The notes: a model not told the origin generated them from the letters alone. Shown: positions 8,263 through 17,437, counted from the stretch's first letter. The stretch is DNA of 64,000 nt from Thermoanaerobaculia bacterium (GCA_036504335.1 DASXVJ010000017.1:17179-81178), one strand, 5' to 3'. Made by a program: numbers and translations.

Positions 8263-10059
8263 ATGCCCAAGGCGCGTTTCGCGGCCGCCCTCGCGGTCCT
8301 GGCCTGCGTCGCCCTCGCCGGCGCCGAGCGGGCGCGCTTCGGCCTCTGGACGACGTCCGACGAGCCCCCGCACCTCGCGGCCGCACGCGAGTGGCGGTAC
8401 GGCCCCGGGATGGTCTCGAACTTCGAGCACCCCGTCCTCATGAAGGTGATCGCGGGCAGCACGCTCCCCGCGGCAAAACCCGAGCTCGAGATCGACGAGA
8501 CCCGCGCCGGTCGGGCGGCGATTCCGTTCGTCCTCGCGCTCCTCGTCGTCGCGACCGGTCTTCTCGGCCGGGCCCTGGCCGGACCGGCGGCCGGCCTCGC
8601 GGCCGCCGCGGTCCTCGGGGTCGAGCCGACGTTCCGGGGCCACGGCACGCTCGTCCAGAGCGACGTCCTTCTGACGCTCTTCCTCGTCGCGGCTGCATTC
8701 GCGCTCGCGAAGGGCGCGAACGGCGATCGGCGCTGGCTCGCCGCGAGCGGCGTCCTCTACGGCCTCGCGATGGCGTCGAAGTACTCGGCATTCCCATTCC
8801 TTCTCGTATTCGCTGCCGTCGCAGTTCTTCGGCTCGGAACGAAGAGCACCGGAAGATTTTCTTTGAAGGGTAAGAGGGGCCCGGACCAGCGCCCGCCCGC
8901 ACGACGCCGCGCCTCGGAGCGGGCAGCCGGCGCACGCCGCGAGCCGCTCTCTTCACCTTCAAAGAGATCTCTTCTCTTTTCTTCCGTCTCCCGGGTCCTC
9001 GTCTTCATCGTCCTCCCCGCGCTCGCGACGCTCGCGCTCGTCCAGCTCCTCGCGTACGCGGGCACCACGGACGCCGCGTTCCGCCAGGGCCTCCGCGCAG
9101 CGTTCGAGGGGCTGCCGCAGGAGGGCGCGGTCGTGGCCCTCGCAAAGAAGTTTCCGAAGTGGATTGCGGGCTACGGCGCCGGCCTTCTCTTCGTGCAGGG
9201 GGTCGCGGGGCCCGGCGAGCGCTTCAACTACTTCTTCGGCCTCGTGCGCGGGACGGGATCGCTTCTCTACTTCCCGGTCGCGCTCGGAATCAAGCTCACG
9301 GCGGCGGCCGTCCTCGCGTCCCTCGCCGCCGTTGCCTTTGCCGTCGCGGGCTTCTTTCGCGGCCCGGTCCTTCGCCGTCTGCTCACGGCGCGGGCGGCGC
9401 TGCCCGCGGCGCTCGGAGGCGCCTACCTTCTCGCCGCGTGCGTCTCGAACGTGAACATCGGCGTCCGCCACGCTCTGCCCGCCGTGCCGTTGCTCCTCGT
9501 CGCCGCGGCCGCCGCCGGACGCGCACTTCTCGCGACGCGTCACCGGACGTTCCGCGCCCTCGCCGCCGCCGTCGTGCTCCTCGCCGCCGCGGAGTCGGCC
9601 CTCCGCCTCGGGCGCGAGATCTCCTTCGGCAACGTCCTCGTGGGGGGGCCGGCCGGCGTGCCGCCGATCCTCTCCGATTCGAACGTCGACTGGGGCCAGG
9701 AGCAGGGCCTCGTCTTCGAACGCGTGAAGCGCGGAGACCTCGGCAGGGTGGCGATCGCGGCCCTCCTCGTCGACGAGACGGGAGCGACGCGCGCCGGAGT
9801 CCTGGGCCTCGCGCTGAGGGCGGACGCTGGCGCCGACACGATCTTCTTCTCGCGCTTCCTCTGGGACCTCGCCGCGGCGATCGAGAAGAACGGCGACATG
9901 TATTCGAAATTCGTCTGGTTGCGCGGCTGGCTTCCGCCGCTGCGGCGCGGGCTCGAGGCGCGCGCGACGTCGGTCACGCCGTTCGGCGACGCCTACCTTC
10001 TCCTGCGCCTCAGGCCGGCTACGGCCGCCCCGTCGTCAGCGCCCGGCTCCATTCCGTGA
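8263..10059 (+). CDS. GT-C fold membrane glycosyltransferase (ArnT/PMT-like), with in-frame insertion of element copy B.
   Basis: Multi-TM protein with the LAMASKYSAFPF motif; residues ...LGTKSTGRFSLKGKRGPDQRPPARRRASERAAGARREPLSSPSKRSLLFSSVSRVL... are encoded by the AT-richer palindromic element at nt 8838-8997. Confidence 0.65.
   Translation: MPKARFAAALAVLACVALAGAERARFGLWTTSDEPPHLAAAREWRYGPGMVSNFEHPVLMKVIAGSTLPAAKPELEIDETRAGRAAIPFVLALLVVATGLLGRALAGPAAGLAAAAVLGVEPTFRGHGTLVQSDVLLTLFLVAAAFALAKGANGDRRWLAASGVLYGLAMASKYSAFPFLLVFAAVAVLRLGTKSTGRFSLKGKRGPDQRPPARRRASERAAGARREPLSSPSKRSLLFSSVSRVLVFIVLPALATLALVQLLAYAGTTDAAFRQGLRAAFEGLPQEGAVVALAKKFPKWIAGYGAGLLFVQGVAGPGERFNYFFGLVRGTGSLLYFPVALGIKLTAAAVLASLAAVAFAVAGFFRGPVLRRLLTARAALPAALGGAYLLAACVSNVNIGVRHALPAVPLLLVAAAAAGRALLATRHRTFRALAAAVVLLAAAESALRLGREISFGNVLVGGPAGVPPILSDSNVDWGQEQGLVFERVKRGDLGRVAIAALLVDETGATRAGVLGLALRADAGADTIFFSRFLWDLAAAIEKNGDMYSKFVWLRGWLPPLRRGLEARATSVTPFGDAYLLLRLRPATAAPSSAPGSIP
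8838..8997. repeat. Palindromic MITE-like element, copy B (in frame within GT-C gene 8263..10059).
   Basis: TIR-L ATTTTCTTTGAAGGGTAAGAGGGGC, GC-rich core, TIR-R GCCGCTCTCTTCACCTTCAAAGAGATC, then polypyrimidine tail tcttctcttttcttcc. Confidence 0.8.
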
Positions 10060-11995
10060 GCGTCCAGCCGCGCTGACGCGCGACGGCGACGGCGCCCGCG
10101 AAGGCCTCGCGCTGCGCCTCCGGCAGGCACGCGAAGTCTCCGGGCGGCGTCGCCATCGCGTGGACGAACAGGATCCACGGATGGCAGGCGAAGGAAGGCG
10201 AAGAGGGAGAGGAAGAAAAGAGAGAAGACGAAGATTTCTTTGAAAGGTAAGAGAGGGAGACGGCGGCGCCCGAACCGAGGCGCAGCGACTCGGCCACCAG
10301 CGCGACCGTACGAGGGTCATTCGCAGAAATCCTCTCTTCTCTTCTCTCGAGCTCCCGACCCACGGCGCCTGCCCGCGCGAAGTCCTTCACGTCGATCGCC
10401 CGGACGAGCTGATCCCGGAGCGCGTCGAAATAGGGATCGGCCCAGCCGGGATCGACGGGGCGCCAGAAACCCGGGCGCGGCGCAGCGAGCGCCAGCCTCA
10501 GCGCCGGCGCCGGCTCGAGCGAGCGGGCGGGCCGGAACGGCGGGTCGAGCTGCGGGAGACTGCCGTCCCAGCCGCCCTTCATGCGGGCGGCGAGCGCGAG
10601 CGCGTGGACGCGGATGGGGCTCCACGCGGGCGTCAGCGAGAAGTGGTGGGGCGCGGTTGCGAGGAGCGAGCCATCGGGCGCCCGGGTGATCTCGTACGGC
10701 GTGCCCGCGGCTCGCGACTCCGCGATGGGCTGCGGGGAAACGAGCGAGGAAAGCGCGTAGACCGCGGCGAACGGCGTGAGCGCGCCGAGCGCGTTCACGC
10801 AGACGCCTGCCGCGACGGCGAACGCTCCCGGAACGCGCCACGAACGGCCGTCTCCCGTGAACGCGGCCCCGGCCAGAGCCACGAGGCACGGCAGGGCCGG
10901 AACGACGAGGCGTGGTCCCCATCCCGCCTGCCCGTCCCACGCCCACCACGCGGAAGACGCGAGGAGCAGCGCGAGCGCGGACGCGGCGAGCGCGAGCGCA
11001 AGCCGCGCGTCGCGGCGGCGCAGCAGCAGGAAGCCAGGGATCGCGAAGGCCGTGAGCGGCGCGTACCAGAGAAGGCCCTTGTTCGGGAGAAGCGTCAGCC
11101 GCAGGAGCCCGGTGAGGAGCGGGTACGTGAACGTCTCTCCCCCGTACCCGCCTCCGAGCTTCCCGAACCGGGTCCATTCGAAGATAGACCAGAGAAGAAG
11201 AATTCCTATGAAGGTGAAGAGCAAGGGAAATGGCAGTGCGAGTCGGGTGGCCAGAGGTGCGCCAGCCCGCGCCGCGCGCCGTCGCTCCGCCCTCCCGCCC
11301 TTGACGGGAGGCGGCCTTCCGGCCCTATTACCTTCAGAGAAATCCTCCTCTTCTCTCTTCCCGACGACCGCGCACGCGAGAAGAGGCGCCACGACGAGGA
11401 CGAGCAGCGTCTTCGTCAGGATGGCAAAGCCCGCCGCGGCGCCGAGGACGCCCTGCCAGAAGCGGGACGCCGGCGATTCGCGCAGCTCCACGAGCGCGAG
11501 GACGGACAGCGCGACGCAGAGCGCCTGCAGGGGCTCGCCGTAGTCGCTGCCCGCGTAGCCCCAGAGCGGCGTCGCGAGGACGAGCGCCGCGCCGCCCGCG
11601 GCCGCCGGAATCCGCGCGGCGCCGAGCCGTTCGAGCGTCCGCGCCGCCGCCCACGCGCAGCCCGCGAGGCAGAGGATCGGCAGGAGGACGAAGATCGGAG
11701 ACGTGCGCGCCCCGCCCGTCGCGCGCGCGACCGCCGCCGGAATCGCCTCGACGAGCGAGAGCCCCATCCCGTAGCGCGACACGGCGTCCCCGCCGGGCCG
11801 CCGCGGCGCGTTGACGAAGTCGCGCGACACTCCGATCTCGAAGAAGCGGGCGACGGCCGCACCGGCGGAGAGCATTTCCCTCCCGTCCGGAATCAGGCCG
11901 TACGAACGCCCGTCCACGGTCGCGAGCAGGACGGCGAGCGTCCCGAGCGCGGCGAATCCCGCCGCCCGCCCCGCGCCGTCAGACGCCCAGCGCAC
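10019..11995 (-). CDS. GT-C fold membrane glycosyltransferase with a C-terminal TPR-like region. It carries two in-frame element insertions (copies C and D).
   Basis: Multi-TM N-terminal half (ILTKTLLVLVVAPLL, WAWDGQAGWGPR) and a soluble C-terminal domain. It is a paralog of the genes at 43968..45932 and 54659..56185. Elements C and D supply ~60-residue in-frame segments. Confidence 0.65.
   Translation of the reverse strand: MRWASDGAGRAAGFAALGTLAVLLATVDGRSYGLIPDGREMLSAGAAVARFFEIGVSRDFVNAPRRPGGDAVSRYGMGLSLVEAIPAAVARATGGARTSPIFVLLPILCLAGCAWAAARTLERLGAARIPAAAGGAALVLATPLWGYAGSDYGEPLQALCVALSVLALVELRESPASRFWQGVLGAAAGFAILTKTLLVLVVAPLLACAVVGKREEEDFSEGNRAGRPPPVKGGRAERRRAARAGAPLATRLALPFPLLFTFIGILLLWSIFEWTRFGKLGGGYGGETFTYPLLTGLLRLTLLPNKGLLWYAPLTAFAIPGFLLLRRRDARLALALAASALALLLASSAWWAWDGQAGWGPRLVVPALPCLVALAGAAFTGDGRSWRVPGAFAVAAGVCVNALGALTPFAAVYALSSLVSPQPIAESRAAGTPYEITRAPDGSLLATAPHHFSLTPAWSPIRVHALALAARMKGGWDGSLPQLDPPFRPARSLEPAPALRLALAAPRPGFWRPVDPGWADPYFDALRDQLVRAIDVKDFARAGAVGRELERREERISANDPRTVALVAESLRLGSGAAVSLSYLSKKSSSSLFSSSPSSPSFACHPWILFVHAMATPPGDFACLPEAQREAFAGAVAVARQRGWTLTEWSRALTTGRP
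10190..10350. repeat. Palindromic MITE-like element, copy C (in frame within GT-C gene 10019..11995).
   Basis: Head gaagaaaagagagaagacgaag + TIR-L ATTTCTTTGAAAGGTAAGAGAGGG; TIR-R CATTCGCAGAAATCC + tail tctcttctcttctctc. Confidence 0.75.
11175..11365. repeat. Palindromic MITE-like element, copy D (second in-frame copy within GT-C gene 10019..11995).
   Basis: Head gagaagaagaa + TIR-L TTCCTATGAAGGTGAAGAGCAAGGG; ~100-bp GC-rich core; TIR-R GGCCCTATTACCTTCAGAGAAATCC + tail tcctcttctctcttccc. Confidence 0.75.
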
Positions 11996-12050
11996 CGGGC
12001 ACCAGCCAGAAAGCGTCGACTGTCACCGTGGAGATTCTACGGGCGGGCGT

Positions 12051-12494
12051 TCAGTTCGTGGGCCGCTCGGAAAGGCTGTAGCAGCCTGGCGTCAGGCACG
12101 CGAGGCGCGCCGGCCCCGCCTTGACCGCGGAGTCGAAAGCGACGACGGGCACGACGGACACGCAGTCGGCCCCGGCCGGTTTGAAGCGGGTCGCAAGCGT
12201 GATCGTGCGCTGCTCGCCGGCGCCCATCGACCCGACGTCGACGTGACCGACCGGGACCGCCCCCGCCTTCGCGTCGAGAGCGACGCCCTTCGCGGCCGCC
12301 GTTCCGCGGTTCGAGACGCGAACCCGGAGCTTGAGCTCCTGTCCGAAGGCGGCGGGGAACGCCGGGTCGACGCTCACCTCGAGGACGCCCACATCGGGCG
12401 GCTGGGCGTGAGCGGGTGCGGCGGCCGGGACGAGGACCAGGGCCGCAGCGAGGACCGCGGCAAACGTCGAGCGGGGGCAGGTGGCATTCCGCAT
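12051..12494 (-). CDS. Small secreted protein with a CARDB-like beta-sandwich.
   Basis: Signal peptide MRNATCPRSTFAAVLAAALVLVPAAAPAHA; the VSNRGTAAAKGV pattern resembles a CARDB domain. Start assigned at an internal ATG of the 153-aa ORF. Confidence 0.45.
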   Translation of the reverse strand: MRNATCPRSTFAAVLAAALVLVPAAAPAHAQPPDVGVLEVSVDPAFPAAFGQELKLRVRVSNRGTAAAKGVALDAKAGAVPVGHVDVGSMGAGEQRTITLATRFKPAGADCVSVVPVVAFDSAVKAGPARLACLTPGCYSLSERPTN

Positions 12495-12624
12495 CTCGTC
12501 TCCTGTGCTCAAGGTGCGCCCCTCGCGGCCGATCGTCCACTCCCTTGGGTAGTCCCGACGCGCTAATCGCGCGTCCCGGAGCGCCAGAGGCTCGTTCTGG
12601 CCCCTGAGCGACAGGTTCCGGGCC

Positions 12625-13860
12625 TCACTCGGCGTCCTCGGAGCCGTCCGCGGACGGCTCCGGCGCTCCTTCGGCGCCCCGGCGGTACTCGTTGGGTGAG
12701 ACGCCGAACCGGGCCTTGAACCGGCGCGTGAAGTGCGACGGATCCTTGAAGCCTACGCGATACGCGATCTTCGTGACGGGGTCGTCAGCGGCCCGGATGA
12801 CGCGCGCGGCCTCGAGGAGACGCGCCTCCATGAGCCAGCTCATCGGGGTCGTGTCGAAGCGCTCCCGGAAGATCCGCTGAAGCGTGCGCAGCGAAACGCC
12901 CGCGATCTCCGCGAGCGACTCGGCCGTGAGGTCCTCGCGCAGGCGCGCCGGGAGATTCTGTTTGAGCCGCTCGATCGGGTCGTCGCCGGAGACGGGCGTC
13001 TCGCCCGCCGCGAGAACGGGCGGAGGCGCCGCGGCCCGGAGGACGGCCGCCTTCCGGACGCGCCAGCCGATCGCCACGAACACCGCGAGCACGCCGAGAG
13101 CCACGGCCGCCCAGGGCCGCGCATTCCGCGCGATCAGCGTGAGGAACCCCGGCGGCTGCAGCGCCGCCGTCGCCCACACCGCGGGTGACTCGAACGCCGT
13201 CCGGCCCCGGAAATCGACCGACGTGCGCATCGGAACGGGCTCGCCCGGGCGCATCGCGAGGTCGTTCACCGCGGCCGAGACTCCGAACAGCGCTCCGGGC
13301 GCCGGCTTGCCGCCCACGGCCGCCCACGGCACGGCGATCTCGACGCGATAGCCCGGGCTCTTCCCGGGCCCGGCCTCGGGCCCGTCCGCGACGGCGACCT
13401 CGATCGGCACGTTCATGCCCCAGTCCTTCGGCTGCGGGGCCGCGTCGGCCTCCGGCTCCGGGCGCACCGTTCCCGACAGGGCCGACGAACCCTTGAACGT
13501 CGTCCTTCGTCCGTCGCGCGAGACCGTGAACTGGTAGTCGTTCGTGTCCATCCGCGGCGTCGCCTCGCCCCGAACGTCGAGGAAAAGCTCGACGGAGTCG
13601 GACTTGAGGCCGAGATCGGGGTCCTCGTCCTCCCTCCCGAGCGTCACGTGCGTGCTGTCGCCTACCTCGAAGAGCACCCGGAGGGCGGTCTCGTCCCAGG
13701 CGAGCCGCAGTGTCGCGGGCGTCGCCCCGACGGCGAACGTCGCCGGCGCGACCGAGCCCCAGGGCCCGAGGTTGGCGTCCACGGGCGACGGCCTCTCGAG
13801 GAACAGGAGCCGAAGCCTCTCTCCGGGCCGGGCGGACCCGTCCCCCGCGGCGGCAGCCAC
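12625..13860 (-). CDS. Membrane-anchored AraC/XylS-family transcriptional regulator. It has an N-terminal ~250-aa beta-rich (CBM9/DOMON-like) domain, one TM helix and a C-terminal AraC HTH.
   Basis: C-terminal SLRTLQRIFRERFDTTPMSWLMEARLLEAARVI...GFKDPSHFTRRFKARFGVSPNEYRR is a classic AraC HTH. A TM helix (AAVALGVLAVFVAIGW) lies upstream, and the N-domain carries LRLAWDETALRVLF. The in-frame upstream 19 codons encode a signal-peptide-like LNRPLAVLLAAGLSA with only CTG as a possible start, so the start is uncertain. Confidence 0.7.
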   Translation of the reverse strand: MAAAAGDGSARPGERLRLLFLERPSPVDANLGPWGSVAPATFAVGATPATLRLAWDETALRVLFEVGDSTHVTLGREDEDPDLGLKSDSVELFLDVRGEATPRMDTNDYQFTVSRDGRRTTFKGSSALSGTVRPEPEADAAPQPKDWGMNVPIEVAVADGPEAGPGKSPGYRVEIAVPWAAVGGKPAPGALFGVSAAVNDLAMRPGEPVPMRTSVDFRGRTAFESPAVWATAALQPPGFLTLIARNARPWAAVALGVLAVFVAIGWRVRKAAVLRAAAPPPVLAAGETPVSGDDPIERLKQNLPARLREDLTAESLAEIAGVSLRTLQRIFRERFDTTPMSWLMEARLLEAARVIRAADDPVTKIAYRVGFKDPSHFTRRFKARFGVSPNEYRRGAEGAPEPSADGSEDAE

Positions 13861-14066
13861 GGCCGAGAGTCCGGCAGCGAGGAGGACGGCGAGGGGGCGA
13901 TTCAGGGTGCGCGGAGTTTATCCGAGGTCTCAGTCTCGGGTGCCGCCTCGCATCGGAGTGGCCCCGGCGCGCCACGGGCCCGTCTGGCGCTTCTGGGCAT
14001 GCGATCAACGCGCCGGGACCATGCGCAGAGGTTGAAAGGAGATCCCGGCCGGTGCATCTTCCACGC

Positions 14067-14561
14067 ATGACACGTCTGTCCGGCCTGCTCGCCGCCTCCG
14101 CTCTCACCGCGGCCTCCGCCTTCGCGCTCCCGCCGGAACAAAAGCCGGACGTCACGAGCCGCGGTGGATTGCGGATCGGCACCGTCCTGATCCCGTGGGG
14201 CGGCGCCGCTCCGGTCGAGCTCAAGGTCGCGGACGGGTCGCCGGCCGGACCCCAGACCTGCGTCTTCAACGCGACCTACGAGATGACGAACCTCGGCGGC
14301 GCCGCGACCGGCGCGCCCTTCACGAACCGCCTGCGCGTGGACGGCGCCGTCGTCGCGACGAGCACGGGCCTCGCCCTGAACGCCCGGGAGACGAAGAGCG
14401 TCGCGACCTCGCCGTCCCTCCCGGCCGGAACTCACGCGATCGAGCTCTCGCTCGACGACGACTCGTCCGTCGCCGAGTCCCGCGAGGACAACAACAGGTT
14501 CAAGGTCCTTTACGTTCTCAAGGCGCCGTGCGGCGCCGCGGGCGCCGCTCCGAAAAAATAG
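14067..14561 (+). CDS. Secreted CARDB-domain protein.
   Basis: Signal peptide MTRLSGLLAASALTAASAFA; CARDB-type pattern (FNATYEMTNLGGAATGAP...AGTHAIELSLDDDSSVAESREDNN). Confidence 0.6.
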   Translation: MTRLSGLLAASALTAASAFALPPEQKPDVTSRGGLRIGTVLIPWGGAAPVELKVADGSPAGPQTCVFNATYEMTNLGGAATGAPFTNRLRVDGAVVATSTGLALNARETKSVATSPSLPAGTHAIELSLDDDSSVAESREDNNRFKVLYVLKAPCGAAGAAPKK

Positions 14562-14580
14562 CCGCCCTGGACCGGCGCCT

Positions 14581-15243
14581 TCAGGAGTCGCCGTCGGTGT
14601 CCTCGCGGTGCCGGTCGATCCAGACCGCCCACGGGACGAACACGAGAAGCGCGAGCGTCCCGATCGCCACGGCGGCCACGTTCGGCGGCGGCGGCCCGAA
14701 CGCCGACCCCGCATAGAAGAAGAGGAGCACGGCGACGAGCGCGGCAAGCGCCCAACGGCCCACGGCGTCCTTCGGGCGCGTCGCTTTCGCATAGAGCCAG
14801 ACGCCCGCCGCGAACATCGGGACCTCGACGGCCAGCGTTCCGGGCACCGAGTTCCAGAGGCCCATGCCGACGAAGATCGAACTGCCGGGCCAGAGCGGGA
14901 GGTCCGGCCGGTGGACGATCGCGTCGCAGATCCAGTGGCTCACGACGCCGAGGGCCGAGACCCATCCGACGGCCGCGCTCCGGGTGAAGAAATGCGCGAG
15001 CGCGCCGTAGAGGAGGGCCCAGCCGACCGCCATCGCGAGACTGTGGGACCATGGGTAGGAGTCGAACGAGAAGTTCAGGAACGGGTTCGGCCCCCGTTCG
15101 ATGGTGACGTGCTCGATCCCGAGGAGGAGGAAGACGGGCCAGAGGAAATCGAGGAGGAACGGAGCCGCGAGGAGCCATCCGAGCGACCCTCGCGGCGCGC
15201 CCGCCTTGCTCGCGAACCCCACGGCGGCGTGCCCGATGAACAT
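14581..15243 (-). CDS. Membrane-bound metal-dependent hydrolase (DUF457 / YdjM-like).
   Basis: MFIGH start, conserved His residues in TM helices (SHWICD, HRPDLPLW), 4-5 TM segments. Confidence 0.7.
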   Translation of the reverse strand: MFIGHAAVGFASKAGAPRGSLGWLLAAPFLLDFLWPVFLLLGIEHVTIERGPNPFLNFSFDSYPWSHSLAMAVGWALLYGALAHFFTRSAAVGWVSALGVVSHWICDAIVHRPDLPLWPGSSIFVGMGLWNSVPGTLAVEVPMFAAGVWLYAKATRPKDAVGRWALAALVAVLLFFYAGSAFGPPPPNVAAVAIGTLALLVFVPWAVWIDRHREDTDGDS

Positions 15244-15252
15244 GCGATTTCC

Positions 15253-16917
15253 TCAGCGCAACAGGGCCCGGACGAGCCGGGCCACGTCGGGCGTTCCGAG
15301 ACCGGTCACGGGATCCCAGCCCTTCCCCGCAGGGAAGCCGGCGACGCCCGCGTACGTGTTGTTGCCGCGCACGACGTCCCGGAACGGAGCGGACGCGCCC
15401 CGCCCGGCGGCGTAGAGGGCCGCGTTCGCAGCGCCGAGGCGGGCCTTCTTCGCGGCGGCGCGCTCGGCGTTGATGCGCGCGATGAAGCCGGCCCAGATCG
15501 GGGCCGCCACGCTGGTGCCTCCCGCCGCGGCCCATTTTCCGCGGACGAAGATCGAGAGGCCGGGATCCGGCGACGCGACCGCGGCGACGTCGGGAATGCC
15601 GCGGCCCGTCACGCCCCTGCGCCCCGCGAAGGCGGCCTTCTGCCAGTCGGGGACCGCGATCAGCCGCGAGAACCCTCCGCCGGTGGCGCCGCGCCCCGGC
15701 CCGTCGTTCCAGGCCGTCTCGGAGAACGCGCGCCCGGACGGGAGGAGCTTCGTGCCGCCGACGGACGTGACTTCGGGGACGATGCTCGGAAAGTCGACGT
15801 GCCGCTGGCCGTCGTACCACCCGTCGTCGGGCAGCTCGTCGGCCGCGCCGGCGTCGCCGGACGCGCAGACGAACGTGACGCCGAGGAGCGCGCAGGCCTG
15901 GAAGAGCTGCCGGGTCTGGTCGTAGCGGCGCGACGTCGAGAACCCGTCCTCGGGCATTCCCCACGAGATCGACACCACGCCCGGGCGGCGCGCGTCCGGC
16001 GCGTCGAGAATCGCCGCGAGAAAATCCACCCACCCGGTGTCGACGTTCGGCGTCCACCAGAGGTCCATCTCGGCTTCGGGCGCGGTCGCGCGGACCCAGT
16101 CCATGTCGAGCGCGACCTCGACGTCGGCGTCGCCCGTGCGTCCGCTGTAATCGTTCTTCGCGCCGGAGACCGAGACCTCCGTGACGTCGGCCGCCGGGAG
16201 ACCGTACGCCGAGCAGAAGGCGGAGAAGTCCGCGCTCGAGAAGCCGCCACCGAACTCGAGGATCGCGACGCGCTCGCCGCGCCCGCCGGTCTCGACCGCT
16301 CCTGCGACGCCGTAGGCCGCGTGGATCTCCGCGGGCGTGTAGCCGCCGCCCGGTCCCCGGGCCTCCGCCGGTCCCCGCCGCGGCACGCGCGAGCGCTTCG
16401 GCGCGAGCAGCGGCGGGAAGCGGCGCGCCGCAGGTAGGTCGTTCAGGCCCGCGACGCCGCGGATCACGGCCGAGAGGGACGCCGGGATCGTCGGGTCGCG
16501 CTCGATTCCGTAGGCGCGCCTCCGGCCGTCCGCGAGGCCGCGAGGCGGCGCGAAAAGGCTGATCGGGGCGTCGAAGGCCCGCGCCACGGCCTCCGCCGAT
16601 CCGCTCGCCTGCACGGCCGTGCGGGCGCCGGAGACGCCCTCGACGCGCAGACCCGAGTCGCTGAGAAACGCGAGGACCGCGTCGAGGTCCTGGTAGCCGG
16701 GCGCGACGAGGTCCCGGACCTGGTCCGGCGTGAGGTGGCGGCCGTACGCGGCGCCGCTCGGGTCCGAGACGGCGTGGACGGCTTCGCGCAGGGCGCGCCC
16801 GTCCTTCGCGTGCAGGAGGACGCTGATCCTCACAGGCGCGTCGGCCGGGCAGGGCCCGACGCGCCGGCAGAGCGTCAGGCGGCGCGACATGTGGCGGACC
16901 AGCGTGAAACGTTGCAT
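15253..16917 (-). CDS. S53 family serine-carboxyl peptidase (sedolisin/kumamolisin-like) with N-terminal propeptide.
   Basis: Catalytic region ...GGTSVAAPIWAG...; SGDAG block; pro-domain GRHLTPDQV. Start placed at ATG 16917; the upstream part of the 695-aa ORF is R/G-rich junk. Confidence 0.8.
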   Translation of the reverse strand: MQRFTLVRHMSRRLTLCRRVGPCPADAPVRISVLLHAKDGRALREAVHAVSDPSGAAYGRHLTPDQVRDLVAPGYQDLDAVLAFLSDSGLRVEGVSGARTAVQASGSAEAVARAFDAPISLFAPPRGLADGRRRAYGIERDPTIPASLSAVIRGVAGLNDLPAARRFPPLLAPKRSRVPRRGPAEARGPGGGYTPAEIHAAYGVAGAVETGGRGERVAILEFGGGFSSADFSAFCSAYGLPAADVTEVSVSGAKNDYSGRTGDADVEVALDMDWVRATAPEAEMDLWWTPNVDTGWVDFLAAILDAPDARRPGVVSISWGMPEDGFSTSRRYDQTRQLFQACALLGVTFVCASGDAGAADELPDDGWYDGQRHVDFPSIVPEVTSVGGTKLLPSGRAFSETAWNDGPGRGATGGGFSRLIAVPDWQKAAFAGRRGVTGRGIPDVAAVASPDPGLSIFVRGKWAAAGGTSVAAPIWAGFIARINAERAAAKKARLGAANAALYAAGRGASAPFRDVVRGNNTYAGVAGFPAGKGWDPVTGLGTPDVARLVRALLR

Positions 16918-16919
16918 GG

Positions 16920-17366
16920 TCAGCGCCTCTCGACGTCCGCCAGGCGCTCCCAGACGAGCATCGCGTCCATCAGGTGCCCGCCCACGCTGACGGTCGGCGC
17001 GCTCGTGATGAGCCGGTTCCCGGCCACCTTGAAGAAACGGACCTGGTCCGTGCCGATCCAGTTCGGGAACAGCGAGTGCGTGACGTGGTGGACGACGACG
17101 CCGTGCGCGTTGTCCTCGACATACGTGCCCCCGTAGGCGAGGTAGCCCTTGAAGGCCGCCCCGATCTCCTCCGGAGTCCCCGTCTGGTGGTCGTTCAGCG
17201 CAAAACGAGGCCGATCGATTCGCATGATCTGCAGAGACATGTGCCCGGCCGGCTCGTAGAGGCACGACCCGGTCGCGTCGCGACCCACCGGGTAGACGAC
17301 CTGCCCGTCCGAGCGGAATTCGATGACGAGAAGGCGCCATGCGCCGACGAGTGCCGATTCGCCCAT
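16920..17366 (-). CDS. Lipocalin-like domain protein (PF13924-type).
   Basis: GAWRLLVIEFRSDGQVVYPVGRDATGSCLYEPAGHMS pattern typical of the lipocalin-like family; 2-nt spacing to the downstream S53 gene. Confidence 0.55.
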   Translation of the reverse strand: MGESALVGAWRLLVIEFRSDGQVVYPVGRDATGSCLYEPAGHMSLQIMRIDRPRFALNDHQTGTPEEIGAAFKGYLAYGGTYVEDNAHGVVVHHVTHSLFPNWIGTDQVRFFKVAGNRLITSAPTVSVGGHLMDAMLVWERLADVERR

Positions 17367-17437
17367 GATCGGAGGAATCCTACTCCGGGAAGCGGGAGCG
17401 CCGTCCGCAAAATCGGCCTTTCAGGGCGGTATGCTCC

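Noticed and set aside
6201-8648. 815-aa minus-strand ORF antisense to the ABC-F ATPase gene
   Set aside because: Composition-driven (R/A/G/P/E repeats); the ABC-F gene on the opposite strand has unambiguous Walker/signature motifs.
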